Shown: positions 1 through 10,248, numbered from the stretch's first letter. The stretch: 64,000 bases of DNA from Gammaproteobacteria bacterium (GCA_965222155.1 CBDCTH010000012.1:2400001-2464000), one strand, 5' to 3'. Notes: generated from the sequence alone by a model not told the origin. Numbers and translations: made by a program.

Positions 1-606
1 CTCGCACAGACGGCGTTTGATCGCTGCATTCACGAAGATGCGGGCGACGGCTTCGTCCCGCGCCGCCGCCTCGATGACCTGGGAATGCGCACCGGTCCAG
101 GCGCCGTTCACCTCCAGCCGGTTCGCCGCGACCAGTGCGGGAGAGTTGATCTTCTCCCGTTCCGCTACGCTCAGCTTCATTGTGTCCGGCGGGCGCAGCC
201 AGATATCGGCGTCCAGTCCGACCTGGTGCGAGCGGTGACTGGAGACCATCGGACCGCCGCGGGGATGGCTGATGTCGCCCACGTAAAGTCCGGCCCAGCC
301 TGCGCCCTGGGCCGCGCGGGATAGCCGTTCTATGAATGCGATCATTTGCGGATAGCCCCAGTTGCGGTTGCGGGACAGGCGCATCGCCTGCCAGCCCGGC
401 CCAGTTTCGGCTAGCCGCTCAGCCCCGGCCAGGCACCCTGCGGCGTAACCGCCGAGCGGAGCGGGCGGAGCGTCCGTCGGCGCATCAATCGCGCTGAAGG
501 CGTATTTGGCCGGTTGTTCATTGTCCGCGCCAGCACCGAATGCGACGGCGAGGCTGACGGCGAACGCTATAAGGGATAGACCCCGTTTTCGACTGGATTC
601 TGGCAT
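1..606 (-). CDS. mepA: Penicillin-insensitive murein endopeptidase, 3' end runs off the window
   Basis: Not in the ORF track. Manual minus-strand translation gives a signal peptide then GGYAAGCLAGA...QAMRLSRNRNWGYP...YVGDISHPRGGPMVSSHRSHQVGLDADIW...RIFVNAAIKRRLC, which are MepA motifs. Start is ATG 606 or an in-frame GTG at 660/663. Confidence 0.88.
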   Translation of the reverse strand, partial: MPESSRKRGLSLIAFAVSLAVAFGAGADNEQPAKYAFSAIDAPTDAPPAPLGGYAAGCLAGAERLAETGPGWQAMRLSRNRNWGYPQMIAFIERLSRAAQGAGWAGLYVGDISHPRGGPMVSSHRSHQVGLDADIWLRPPDTMKLSVAEREKINSPALVAANRLEVNGAWTGAHSQVIEAAARDEAVARIFVNAAIKRRLCE

Positions 607-620
607 TCGCCAGAATGACG
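591..620. repeat. Palindromic repeat unit (GACTGGATTCTGGCATTCGCCAGAATGACG)
   Basis: Short hairpin, near-identical to the unit at about 44910-44940 and related to 33690-33720. Confidence 0.7.
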
Positions 621-687
621 ATAGCCTGCTTGCGGCAGGCACGGAGAGTAATTTAACCACCACTATAAAATGGGCGGAATATAAGAG

Positions 688-1116
688 TTAATCGGTCGGC
701 ATGAACTCATCCATACCGGGCGGATAGGTGTCGTATTTCGGCAGGTCGTCGTTAATCTCGCACCAGCTTGCTTTTGACTGCCAGAACATGTGCGCAGCCT
801 CACCGACCTCAACCTCCCCGTCAAGAGTGGCGGCAGTCGCGGCCAGTACCTCGCCGCCGTTAATCTCCGCGACCAGGGCAGCGCCGCATATGCTGCAGAA
901 CAGCCGGGCGGAGTGCGAACCGGACTGGTAGCGGCCTACCAGATCCTCGCCTTCAAGCCAGGCAAAATTTTCCGGGGTTACCGGCTCTATATAAGTGCCG
1001 AATGCGGCGCCGTGAAATGTCTGGCAGAACGTACAGTGGCAATGATCAATGTCATCGGATGTTTTATTCACTTCGTAGCGAATTTTACCGCACAGACAAC
1101 TGCCTTGGGTTTTCAT
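688..1116 (-). CDS. GFA/CENP-V family zinc protein
   Basis: Cysteine pattern GSCLCG, HCHCTFC and FCSICG. Confidence 0.9.
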   Translation of the reverse strand: MKTQGSCLCGKIRYEVNKTSDDIDHCHCTFCQTFHGAAFGTYIEPVTPENFAWLEGEDLVGRYQSGSHSARLFCSICGAALVAEINGGEVLAATAATLDGEVEVGEAAHMFWQSKASWCEINDDLPKYDTYPPGMDEFMPTD

Positions 1117-1166
1117 GGTGACCTCTAATCAGGGTGGCAACGAACTTGATTATACTACTTACGGTG

Positions 1167-2789
1167 TTACCTGGTTTTTCTCATTTTTTTAATACCCTCT
1201 ACAAAACGTGTCAATGTGTTGGACATCAAACCGCGCGCCAGACTGATATCGATTAATTGAAAACAGGACTCATCCCCGAAGGCGCGGTCCAGGGCGGCAT
1301 GTAACTCTTTTTTCGTCTTAACCGCCTGGCCGCGGCCGCCTATGGCGTTTGCCAGGGCGGCATAATCCAGTTTGTCCAGGTCGTTGAACGCGGATTCCGG
1401 TTGAAACGCCCGCAGCATTTCCCAACTGCTGTTGTTGAATACCAGGACGATGGGGTTCCAGCCGTAACGCCGGCAGTTGAGCAACTCAATACCCGTCATC
1501 TGAAATGCACCGTCACCCACCAGGATGAGCGGACGGCGCCCCGTTGCGGCCTGAACGCCCAGGCCGGAGGGGACGCCATAGCCCATGGTGGCGTAATAGC
1601 CCGGCGCCACCAGTTCGGTGTATTCCATATCCATGGCCGTGAACAGGCAATCCCCCATGTCCGCGGCGATGGGCAACGCGCCATAAAGATGGAACATGTC
1701 ATTGACCGCGGTGGCGATATCGGTGGGGGTGATAGGCGTATCCGTTAATTCAAGACCTTTCGGATGCTCAAACACCGTAACGTCACGTTGCGGTTTGTCC
1801 GGCAACTTGCTGTTCAGCGCCAGCACCAGTTCCTGTAGAGGTATGGCCGGATAGATATGAAACCCCAGGGATACCGAACCATCGCAGGCCAGGACGGTCT
1901 TCCTCAGGTCTATCTTTTTCTCCGAGATGCCGAAATTGGTATCGGACAACAACACGCCCAGCAGGAACAGGCCATCGGAGGACTCAACCAGTTCGGTCAA
2001 TGCCTGCTCGCCGGCTATCCCCATATAAGTGCCTCTGAAATCCACCGGCTGTCCCGCCAGCAATCCCTTGCCCATGAACGTCGTGGCAACCGGGATATCC
2101 AGTTTGCGGCTCAGCAGGGCAACGTCCTGCTCCAGACCATACCGGCGTATTTCCACCCCCACCAGGAGCGCCGGGGAGCGGGCCTGCGCCAGGGTGCTGA
2201 TGATTTCATCGGTGCAGGCATCCAGAGCATCGGCGTCACAATCGCTGGTCAGCGGCAGTATGGGCACGGGGTCGCAGGGCTCAAACACCTGGTCCCTCGG
2301 CACCTCAATATACACGGGGCGGGATTCGACGATGCAGTTTCTGAGTACTCGGGCGATCTGTTCCGGCGCCTGCGCCAAGTCCTCCAGGATCACCTGGTCA
2401 CAGGTCACCTCCTTGTATACCCGTATCTGTGAATGGAGTTGCTTGGCCTGGTGGTGCACCAGCAGGCCGGTGGATTTGTCCGCCCTCCCCGGCCCACCGG
2501 AAATGACGATGACGGGGGATTTCTCCGCATAGGCCGCCGCGACCGGGTTCACCATGTTGAATGCGCCGGCCCCGTACGTGACCGCTGCCACTGATGGTTT
2601 GGAATGAAAACGCGCCGCGGCATCGGCGGCGAATCCCACCGCGGGTTCATGGCTCAGGGTATACAACGGCAGGATTTCGGTCTCTTCGATGACCTTGAAC
2701 AGCGGCAAGGCGAAATCGCCGGGGATACCGAAAATCTCGTTGACTCCGTAGCCTTTCAAAGCCTTGAGTAATTGCTCCGCCAGATTCAT
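1167..2789 (-). CDS. ipdC: Indolepyruvate/phenylpyruvate decarboxylase (TPP-dependent)
   Basis: FGIPGDFALP, SHEPAVGFAADA, LVHHQ and the TPP motif GDGAFQMTG...NN, as in the Azospirillum IpdC/PPDC type. Confidence 0.85.
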   Translation of the reverse strand: MNLAEQLLKALKGYGVNEIFGIPGDFALPLFKVIEETEILPLYTLSHEPAVGFAADAAARFHSKPSVAAVTYGAGAFNMVNPVAAAYAEKSPVIVISGGPGRADKSTGLLVHHQAKQLHSQIRVYKEVTCDQVILEDLAQAPEQIARVLRNCIVESRPVYIEVPRDQVFEPCDPVPILPLTSDCDADALDACTDEIISTLAQARSPALLVGVEIRRYGLEQDVALLSRKLDIPVATTFMGKGLLAGQPVDFRGTYMGIAGEQALTELVESSDGLFLLGVLLSDTNFGISEKKIDLRKTVLACDGSVSLGFHIYPAIPLQELVLALNSKLPDKPQRDVTVFEHPKGLELTDTPITPTDIATAVNDMFHLYGALPIAADMGDCLFTAMDMEYTELVAPGYYATMGYGVPSGLGVQAATGRRPLILVGDGAFQMTGIELLNCRRYGWNPIVLVFNNSSWEMLRAFQPESAFNDLDKLDYAALANAIGGRGQAVKTKKELHAALDRAFGDESCFQLIDISLARGLMSNTLTRFVEGIKKMRKTR

Positions 2790-2894
2790 TTTTTACCTTA
2801 ATCTTCCAGTGGCTAGGCTACCATTCTATTATAAGGAATATTGTTTTTTATCTGCAGGAAACGGAATTAATTCCATCCCGCTCACAGCCGTTAA

Positions 2895-3185
2895 CCCGGA
2901 TTTCTCACCAGGTGATGCGATGATCGCGCCGGATTTTTGATGTGCGCCTTCCCCCTGCTCAACTCCATACAGAGCTTGCCCCTGCGGTTGTAAGCAGGGG
3001 GGCAGGCTCTGTATGGAGTTGAGCAGGGGGAGGGGCGCAATGAACACATGCCCGCTGGCGGGAAAAAGACAAGCGAGGGCGCATCAAGCGCAGTCCGTTA
3101 TGTTGATATAGTGAGCAGATTATCATAACGTATTGACAGCAAACAACTAGCCGATGGCCACAAGCGAACTGGTGAGAAATGCGTG
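2895..3185. mobile_element. MITE-like element containing a long hairpin
   Basis: Terminal inverted repeats CCCGGATTTCTCACCAG (2895-2911) and CTGGTGAGAAATGCGTG (3169-3185) match 15/17. An internal hairpin with ~45-bp arms spans 2943-3039. The same end sequence recurs at 8050-8066. Confidence 0.6.
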
Positions 3186-3189
3186 CTAG

Positions 3190-4919
3190 CAGTCTGTCGG
3201 ACTTGGGAACTACAATTGCTTTTGCAGACCATCATCCAGGTCTATTTATCGGGAAAAAGGGAGTTTGCGCATACTATACATATATAGGGAACTTCTATTT
3301 ATTCGCACATGATATAGTAGCGTCTACTGATTTCCATAGGTTAGCGACCCTGCGTACTGATAAATCTATCGAAAAGTATCAATGGATAGCGGTTCCCTAT
3401 AGTTATATAGTATAGGCGTATTCAGTCCTCACACTGCGCCCCTCATCACCAGGCAAACGCCAACTGCCCCCGGTCAGGTCACCTGCAGGTTAGGTAAGCG
3501 CTTGCACTTGTAGGCCAGGGCCAATAACTGCCACTCGCCGGTCACCTTGGCATGACCGCGCAGGAGAAAGTGCCGGAATCCCAGGGCGTGTTTCATGCTG
3601 CCGAACACCGGTTCCACGATCTGCTGTCGCAGCCGATAGCTGGCCCGCTACGCCGACTGCGACAGTTTCGCCTGCATCGCCACCCGCCAGGGCGCCTTCG
3701 GTGGCGGCGTCGGCGCCGTCCCGGCGGACCTGTCCGGCGGACGAAAATCATGTTGCCGGCGCCGGTCACCCCCGCCCACGGCCACCAAGACGTCCAGGCC
3801 CCGACCGGTCAGCGTATCAACCTCTTTCTCCGTCGCATACCCGTTGTCCGCCAACACCTGCGTGGGAGGACCCACTGCCGCCGGTACCGAGTCAATATCC
3901 GCGACCAATTCGCCCCGGTCGCTGGCGCACCGGCTGACCCGCGTCCCCAACACCAACTGGCTGCCGTCGGCATCCACCAGCGCCTGCGCAGTGTACGCCT
4001 GCTGATAATCACTGCGCTTGTGCTTGCGCATTAAGCCACTGTCCGCATCCGTCAAATTCACTTGCGTGGCCGCCGTCGGCGTCGCCGCCGGTGGCTTGAT
4101 ATGACGCCCCTTGGCCCGCCCCGCACGCTTAGCACGCGCCGCCACCTTACGCGCATACGCCGCCTGTGCCGCGTCCGCCTGTGCCTTGGCCGCACGCGCA
4201 AGACGCATGCAGGCCGCATCCAACTGTGCCCCTAACTGCGCCCGACGCGCCAGCTCCTTCGGTAACTGCTGCGGGTCTACCTCACCCGCAACGTCCGCAC
4301 GCGCCGCGTTGGCCAGTAAGTCCTGCACCTCACCACGCAACTGCTCACGTAACGCCACCGCCCGGTCATAACGAATACTGCGCCGACGACTCGCATTCGC
4401 CTGTACCTTCGTCCCGTCTACACTCACCCGACCCACCCGCAACAGCTTCAATTCCTTCGCCAGCACTAACACCTGCACAAAACTCTCATGCACCGCCGCC
4501 AGGTGCTCGCGCCGAAACTTGCACATCGTGTCGTGGTCCGGCTGCGTGTTCGCCGTCACGTAACGTACCCCTATATCCCGATACGTCGCCCGCTCAATCC
4601 GACGCGAGGAAAAAATACCATTCGCATAACAGTAAATCAGTAACGCCAGCAGCACACGCGGGTGATATTGCGCCGACCCCGTGCCCCGTACGTTCACCCG
4701 AAAATGACTCAACGGCACCCGTTCTACCGCCGCCACCACAAAGTGCGCCAAGTCATCCTCAGGTAACCAGTCTCGTAAATCCGGCGGCAACAGATAGGGT
4801 TGATTGCGATCACCTTGAACAAAGTTTTGCATCGGCGTGGCCTCTATAGTACGGTGGCAGTAATCATAAAAACAGACTGTGTATTATACCTCAATACAGG
4901 CCCTAAGTCCGACAGACTG
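3190..4919 (-). mobile_element. IS1182-family insertion sequence
   Basis: IRs CAGTCTGTCGGACTTGGG (3190-3207) and CCTAAGTCCGACAGACTG (4902-4919) match 17/18. CTAG flanks both ends (3186-3189, 4920-4923). Confidence 0.9.
3474..4832 (-). pseudogene. IS1182 transposase with in-frame TAG
   Basis: N-terminal DUF772-like domain, VDGTK and LADNGY motifs. TAG at 3650-3648, then the frame continues RLRQQIVEPVFGSMKHALGFRHFLLRG to TGA at 3474. Confidence 0.88.
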
Positions 4920-4970
4920 CTAGGGGGTCGAATTCAATTTCCTTTAAGTAAATGGCAGTTGAAAAATCGT

Positions 4971-5360
4971 CTAAGGAGACTTTACCGCACATTCCGACAA
5001 TCCCTTGGCTTGTTTTATAAAATCTTTGTCGAAGGTTTTTAATTCCGTACATTCAGCACTTGATGCCAAGTGGCAAGCATCTGCGAAGTCCATCCCTTGT
5101 TCAAACCAATCCAGTGTCCGCGCCATCATGACAGTATCCTTCAGGTGGACGTTCGGCAGACCGAACAAATCCCTCAGTGCCAGTGAAATATCCAATGGTT
5201 CGAATTTGTAGACAAAATCCAACACCCAGACTGTTTCCAGAATAACGGTATCCGGGATGAAGATTGCTTCATTTTCTATCAGCTTGAAGCTTTGCCTGAA
5301 TTGTAACGGCTCATCCCTGGTCAAAAAATGGATAATGACATTAGTATCGACCGCGATCAT
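4971..5360 (-). CDS. vapC: PIN-domain toxin (VapC family)
   Basis: MIAVDTNV...ILETVWVL...DFADACH...TFDK PIN acidic motif. Overlaps the upstream antitoxin. Confidence 0.88.
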   Translation of the reverse strand: MIAVDTNVIIHFLTRDEPLQFRQSFKLIENEAIFIPDTVILETVWVLDFVYKFEPLDISLALRDLFGLPNVHLKDTVMMARTLDWFEQGMDFADACHLASSAECTELKTFDKDFIKQAKGLSECAVKSP

Positions 5361-5610
5361 GCCAGCGCTCACTCAAACCCCTGCGTACTCCGGTTTCCAT
5401 ATCCTGCAATGTTTTTGGATCGCCATTACGAGACAGACAGCCCGCCACATTATTTGCGGTTGTTTCCTTGAACGGTTTTCTCGCTTTTAACAACAATCCT
5501 TCCTCCACGTTAAGCACAATCAATTCCTGACCGATCTGCCACATGTGGGCGTCCCGGATAGATTTTGGAATGATTACCTGTCCTTTACTTGATAGTCGGG
5601 TCAGTTTCAT
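5341..5610 (-). CDS. vapB: AbrB/MazE/SpoVT-type antitoxin (VapB)
   Basis: TRLSSKGQVIIPKSIR swapped-hairpin motif. Tandem AAAGTAAGA repeats lie just upstream (about 5620-5640). Confidence 0.88.
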   Translation of the reverse strand: MKLTRLSSKGQVIIPKSIRDAHMWQIGQELIVLNVEEGLLLKARKPFKETTANNVAGCLSRNGDPKTLQDMETGVRRGLSERWHDRGRY

Positions 5611-5925
5611 AATTACAAAAAAGTAAGAACAAAGTAAGACTATATGCCATCATTTGTTAAAGGCCAAAAGAATAAAAGCTCGCGTTTCGGTGCTCCTCCC
5701 TCAATAACCGGAGAATATACGCCACTGGCATACAATAGATAAAGAGGTGGTCGGATGAAAGATGATGATATTTTATAAATCTGCCTTTGATATCAGCCCT
5801 CGTTCTACAGCCAGTTATCGATAACAAGTTGAGGTGCCAACTCGGCATACCGTATATTACAATAATGTCCGGGTATTTTTTATCCCAAGGTATTGATTAT
5901 CAGGAATAGCTCAGGAGAATCTCCA

Positions 5926-7995
5926 ATGCGAAAGCACTTTCTCACCACCGTTATCGGTTTAGTTGTTTTTATCTTAACCGGGTGCTCGGGCCGGCAGGAC
6001 GACACTGGCAGCGTAGCTGTAGTTCAAAGTATTGGCGCATCGGCTCCAACCGAAATCCCGCGTACAAACAACATAAGTAAACGAAAATACAGCGAGGACA
6101 GGGAAGCGTGCGCAGATTATAGTCCTGAGCGCAGGCCCCTGTTCGGCGAGTTGCATATCCATACATCCCTGTCTTTCGATGCCGCAGCCGGACGAACGGG
6201 GACCTTACCCGCAGATGCCTACCGCTTCGCTAAAGGTGAGGCTATCCCTTTTTTTCCGGTGGATGAACAGGGTAATGTCCTTGGCAAAATCAGTATAGAT
6301 CGCCCTCTGGATTTTGTTGCGGTTACCGACCACGGCGAGTTTCTCGGTGAAACCGCACTTTGCAAGCAGCAGGATTCCCCGGCCTACGATGGTGAGTTCT
6401 GCACGGAATATCGCAAGGTCGAGTTTCGTGGAGCCGCCATGATAGCCACTTCAATGAGCGGTGATTACCCGCAAAGGCTTCAGATGCTGTGCGGAGAGGA
6501 CGGCCAATTGTGCCGGGACTTTGCTGCCGAGCCCTGGCAGGTAGTGATAGATGCTGCGGAACAAGCCTACGATCGCAGCGCAGAGTGCAGGTTTTCCAGT
6601 TTCGTCGGATATGAATACACCGGCACTCCCAATAACTCCAATTATCATCGTAACGTAATTTTCCGCAACAATAATGTACCGGACTTGCCGGTAACCTACA
6701 TGGAAAACCCTTTCGACTATCTGTTGTGGAAGCAACTGGACAAGGTATGCACGGAAGAACAGGGCTGCGATTACTTGACCATTCCCCATAACAGCAATAT
6801 TTCCAACGGTCGGTTGCTTACCCCCTATGCCAACCTCGATCCGACACTTGAAAATCGTGTCAGCTATGCCAAAGCCCGACAACAAAATGAACCGATGATG
6901 GAAGTGTTTCAACACAAGGGGGGATCGGAATGTCTAAATGGTCTCAGTAGAATTGTCGGTGCACCCGATGAGTTGTGTGATATCGAGCAGGTACGTAACA
7001 TCGGTTCCCTTGCAAAACGAATTAATATCAGCCTCGATGGAGCTGAACTTGTGTTCGAGGTAGAGGACCCGGCAGCGGAGACGGTCGAATGTAAGGATGG
7101 GACAGGGCGTCACGGTATGATGGGGGGTGGCTGTGTGTCCGGAAACGACTTCCTGCGCACGGCTTTGCTGACCGGATTGGCGGAGGAACAGGAGATTGGC
7201 ATTAATCCCGTGAAGCTGGGCGTAGTTGCCGCCAGCGACGGTCATACCAGTACACCGGGCTCGGTAAAAGAAAGTCAATGGAGAGGCTATGTTACCGGCG
7301 AGATGGAGCTTGAGAATCGATTAAAGCCCGGAACCTTGCCCAGCGGTATTCTTGGTAATCCGGGTGGACTCGCAGGCGTATGGGCCGAAGAGAATTCCCG
7401 TGATGCGATATTTGACGCCATGCAGCGCCGGGAGGTATTCGGAACCTCGGGACCTCGCATCGTGCCGCGTTTCTTTGGTGGCTGGGCCTTTGACGCGGGG
7501 AGTTGTGCGATGATCGATATGGTTTCAGATGCCTATAACAGAGGTGTGCCCATGGGCAGTGATCTCCCTGCCAGGCCGGATGATGCCGCCAAACCGACCT
7601 TTATCGTGTCGGCCCTGAAAGACCCGGCCGCCGATGCGACCCCCCTGCAACAGTTACAGGTGATAAAAGGCTGGGTAACCGAAGCAGGGATTCCCCATTT
7701 CAAGGTGCACAGCGTCGCCGGCAACCCGGATAATGGGGCCAGCGTGAATGTGGCAGACGGTTCACGTTATGGAGAAGGTAATGCTTCCCTGTGCGCGGTG
7801 TTCAAGGATGAAGATTTCGATCCGACGCAGCCTGCGTATTACTACCTGCGCGTGGTGGAAAATCCCAGCCCGCGCTGGAGTCTGCTGGACTGTTTGAAAT
7901 ACGATACGTCAGAAAGGCCGGAGGTGTGCGAAGACAGTTCCCGCCATATCATCCAGGAGATGGCATGGACTTCACCCATCTGGTATTCACCATAG
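5926..7995 (+). CDS. DUF3604 family lipoprotein (PHP-like metallohydrolase)
   Basis: Lipobox ILTGC, then FGELHIHTSLSFDA, LDFVAVTDHGE, NYHRNVIF, IPHNSN, HKGGSEC and a C-terminal QEMAWTSPIWY. GGAG RBS before ATG 5926. Confidence 0.85.
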   Translation: MRKHFLTTVIGLVVFILTGCSGRQDDTGSVAVVQSIGASAPTEIPRTNNISKRKYSEDREACADYSPERRPLFGELHIHTSLSFDAAAGRTGTLPADAYRFAKGEAIPFFPVDEQGNVLGKISIDRPLDFVAVTDHGEFLGETALCKQQDSPAYDGEFCTEYRKVEFRGAAMIATSMSGDYPQRLQMLCGEDGQLCRDFAAEPWQVVIDAAEQAYDRSAECRFSSFVGYEYTGTPNNSNYHRNVIFRNNNVPDLPVTYMENPFDYLLWKQLDKVCTEEQGCDYLTIPHNSNISNGRLLTPYANLDPTLENRVSYAKARQQNEPMMEVFQHKGGSECLNGLSRIVGAPDELCDIEQVRNIGSLAKRINISLDGAELVFEVEDPAAETVECKDGTGRHGMMGGGCVSGNDFLRTALLTGLAEEQEIGINPVKLGVVAASDGHTSTPGSVKESQWRGYVTGEMELENRLKPGTLPSGILGNPGGLAGVWAEENSRDAIFDAMQRREVFGTSGPRIVPRFFGGWAFDAGSCAMIDMVSDAYNRGVPMGSDLPARPDDAAKPTFIVSALKDPAADATPLQQLQVIKGWVTEAGIPHFKVHSVAGNPDNGASVNVADGSRYGEGNASLCAVFKDEDFDPTQPAYYYLRVVENPSPRWSLLDCLKYDTSERPEVCEDSSRHIIQEMAWTSPIWYSP

Positions 7996-8099
7996 ATGAC
8001 AGTTGCAAGATCCAAACGACCTGGGCTTTGATACCTGGTACGGAACTGGCCCGGATTTCTCACCAGGTCGCTGGCTGCTATCGGATATGGATGTTTGGG

Positions 8100-8508
8100 C
8101 TAAAATCGGTATGTCCAAACCAGGCGGGTAAAAAAGTCAGTCTCGGTACTTTTGTATGAGCCGTTATCCTTTGCCCAGTCATGGTTGAGCGTCATAGTCA
8201 GTTCATTGCCCGGGACAATAATCCATCTACAGCGTCATGAAGTGGGTTTCCGACTCTTGTTGCAGGTAATTTGTTCAGGATAACGTCGGCGTAAAGTTGA
8301 TATTGAAGCGTGCACGATTGATCTCAAACTCGAAATCACCTTCCGGCAAATCGACATCGAAGATATGACGTTCCAGAGTGATATAAAAATTAGGCGTTGG
8401 CCGCCACTTTACAGAAGCCAGCACATCAGTGATATCACCATTATAAAATTCACCGATTTTAGATATTACTTCCATGGAAACAGGCCGGTGATTTGCCGTG
8501 GTTAGCTT
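8100..8508 (-). pseudogene. 3' remnant of an outer-membrane beta-barrel gene (DUF5916-like)
   Basis: GEFYNG...WRPTPNF...DVDLPEGDF...NFTPTLS, TGA at 8277-8275, then a frameshift to RWIIVPGNEL...RLVWTYRF* (terminal aromatic barrel signature). The 5' part is cut by the IS5 end. Confidence 0.6.
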
Positions 8509-9232
8509 GTCATCCCTGAATAACCCCAAAAGCTATTCTAACCTATTGATTATAATTATGTAACCTGCATTTTTTCCTGGACTGATAGTGCCGGTTTTGG
8601 TATCACAGGGCTTCATTTTCTTGCAATATCGGAGATAACAATGACCCCCGGACACGCTGACGCGCATCCTTCATCAGACCTGTTCCGTAAACAGTTGGAC
8701 AACCTGCTCAACCCACGGCATGACTTGTATCGGTTAGCCGACCTGGTGGACGGGTCGGTGTTTGATAAGGCATTCGGTGCGCGGTACTGCCCGGATAACG
8801 GCTGTCCGGGGAAACCGACCCGGTTGAGGGTGGGGTTGCACTATCTGAAGCATCTGTATGGGTTATCGGGGGCATGATGAAACCGAGTCCACGGTGTACA
8901 TCGCCGGGCAGCAGCGCGGTATTAAGACACAGCGGTTAAAACAGTCACTCAAACGCCGCCAGGCGATTGAACCGGTGATCGGTCATTTGAAATCCGATGG
9001 GCTGTTGGGGCGCAATCACCTGAAAGGGACAGAAGGCGACCAATTGAATGTCCTGTTGAGTTGTGCCGGTCACAACCTGCGCCTGATCCTGAGACGGCTC
9101 AGGTTTTTTTATCTCGAAAAAGAGATACTTATACTGGCTTGGCTGCGTCTGTGGAACGCACCGCGCCGCGCTGTTTGTCATGGCTGCCGGCGACCTCAAT
9201 GGCGGCCTGAAACAGGGTTTTTCAGGGGCGAC
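8509..9232 (+). mobile_element. Internally deleted IS5-family element
   Basis: Imperfect IRs TTGTCATCCCTGAATAACCC (8507-8526) and GGGTTTTTCAGGGGCGACTA (9215-9234). An N-terminal transposase piece (8641-8877) is joined out of frame to a C-terminal piece (GYRGH...RRQAIEPVIGHLK). Confidence 0.8.
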
Positions 9233-9264
9233 TATTTAGAGGTCTTTGATAATGTAGATATGCA

Positions 9265-10248
9265 TCATAGAAATTTCTCTCCCGCGTGGTCCCGAAAAGA
9301 ATCAGCATCTCGAATATATTTCATAACTGTGGCAGGATTCGTGTGTCTGGTGACTTCCATTATCTTATCCAAACGCGCGTGATGAACTGCCGCACTAGTC
9401 ACAAAACCGGCCCGCAATGAATGACCGGACACCTCTTTGGGGTCCAACCCAATAGCTTTAGCATAGTACTTTACCAGACGAGGTATGTCGGAATGGTGTA
9501 GGGGTAGTCCTCTCAATGTATCTCCACGTCGCATGGTTTGAAATAGATGGCCCTGTGTAATTCCTGCAGCGTTCAACCAAGCCTGTAACCTCTCTATCGG
9601 TTTAACCTGTTTCCCTTCCGGTACAGCAATCCGTTGTCCTCTACCTGCCTGGTCTGTTTTTGATTTACGAATAGTCATAAACATTTTTCTTGAATCATGG
9701 TCGTTGACTGGAGATATGATCTCAATGTCGTCTACGGTCAAACCACAGAGTTCCGACCGCCGTAATGCACCAGCGAACCCAATAGCGAGGATGGCGGCAT
9801 CCCGTAGACCAATTAATGTGTTACTACACTGCTCCAGCATTCTCTTGATATCGTGCTCTCTGAGAGCCTTCACCTGACGCGATGTAGTGCTCCGTAGCCG
9901 CGCCAGACCTTTCAGTACCGCATTAACCTTAGGAGAATGTGTGGGGGATATTTTGCCCGTCTCATTATATTGTTTGTTAATGGCACTTTTATATAACGTT
10001 ATTGTCCCCACGGACAACGGTTCACCAAGCTTTATCGTAGCCGCTACGGAGCGAGGAACCGAAGATAAATGAACAAAGAAATCAGTTACATCGTCCGGTG
10101 TAGCATTGAAGGGGTCAATACACCTCGAAGTACAGTAATCCTGAAAGCAACGCCAGCCTTTGGCGTAAGCAACGCGGGTATTTTCCGATAAGGCCAAGGA
10201 AAGTACTTCGCCATAAAAACCTTTTTTATTTACGGTTGATGTTGTCAT
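9265..10248 (-). CDS. Cre-like tyrosine recombinase / site-specific integrase
   Basis: RDAAIL...ALRRSEL, KSKTDQ, GHSLRAGF and RH...VMKY: the complete R-K-H-R-H-Y catalytic set. Confidence 0.9.
   Translation of the reverse strand: MTTSTVNKKGFYGEVLSLALSENTRVAYAKGWRCFQDYCTSRCIDPFNATPDDVTDFFVHLSSVPRSVAATIKLGEPLSVGTITLYKSAINKQYNETGKISPTHSPKVNAVLKGLARLRSTTSRQVKALREHDIKRMLEQCSNTLIGLRDAAILAIGFAGALRRSELCGLTVDDIEIISPVNDHDSRKMFMTIRKSKTDQAGRGQRIAVPEGKQVKPIERLQAWLNAAGITQGHLFQTMRRGDTLRGLPLHHSDIPRLVKYYAKAIGLDPKEVSGHSLRAGFVTSAAVHHARLDKIMEVTRHTNPATVMKYIRDADSFRDHAGEKFL

Noticed and set aside
9265-10248. Integron integrase or prophage integrase
   Set aside because: It lacks the IntI-specific insertion, and there are no attC cassettes, phage genes or adjacent tRNA.
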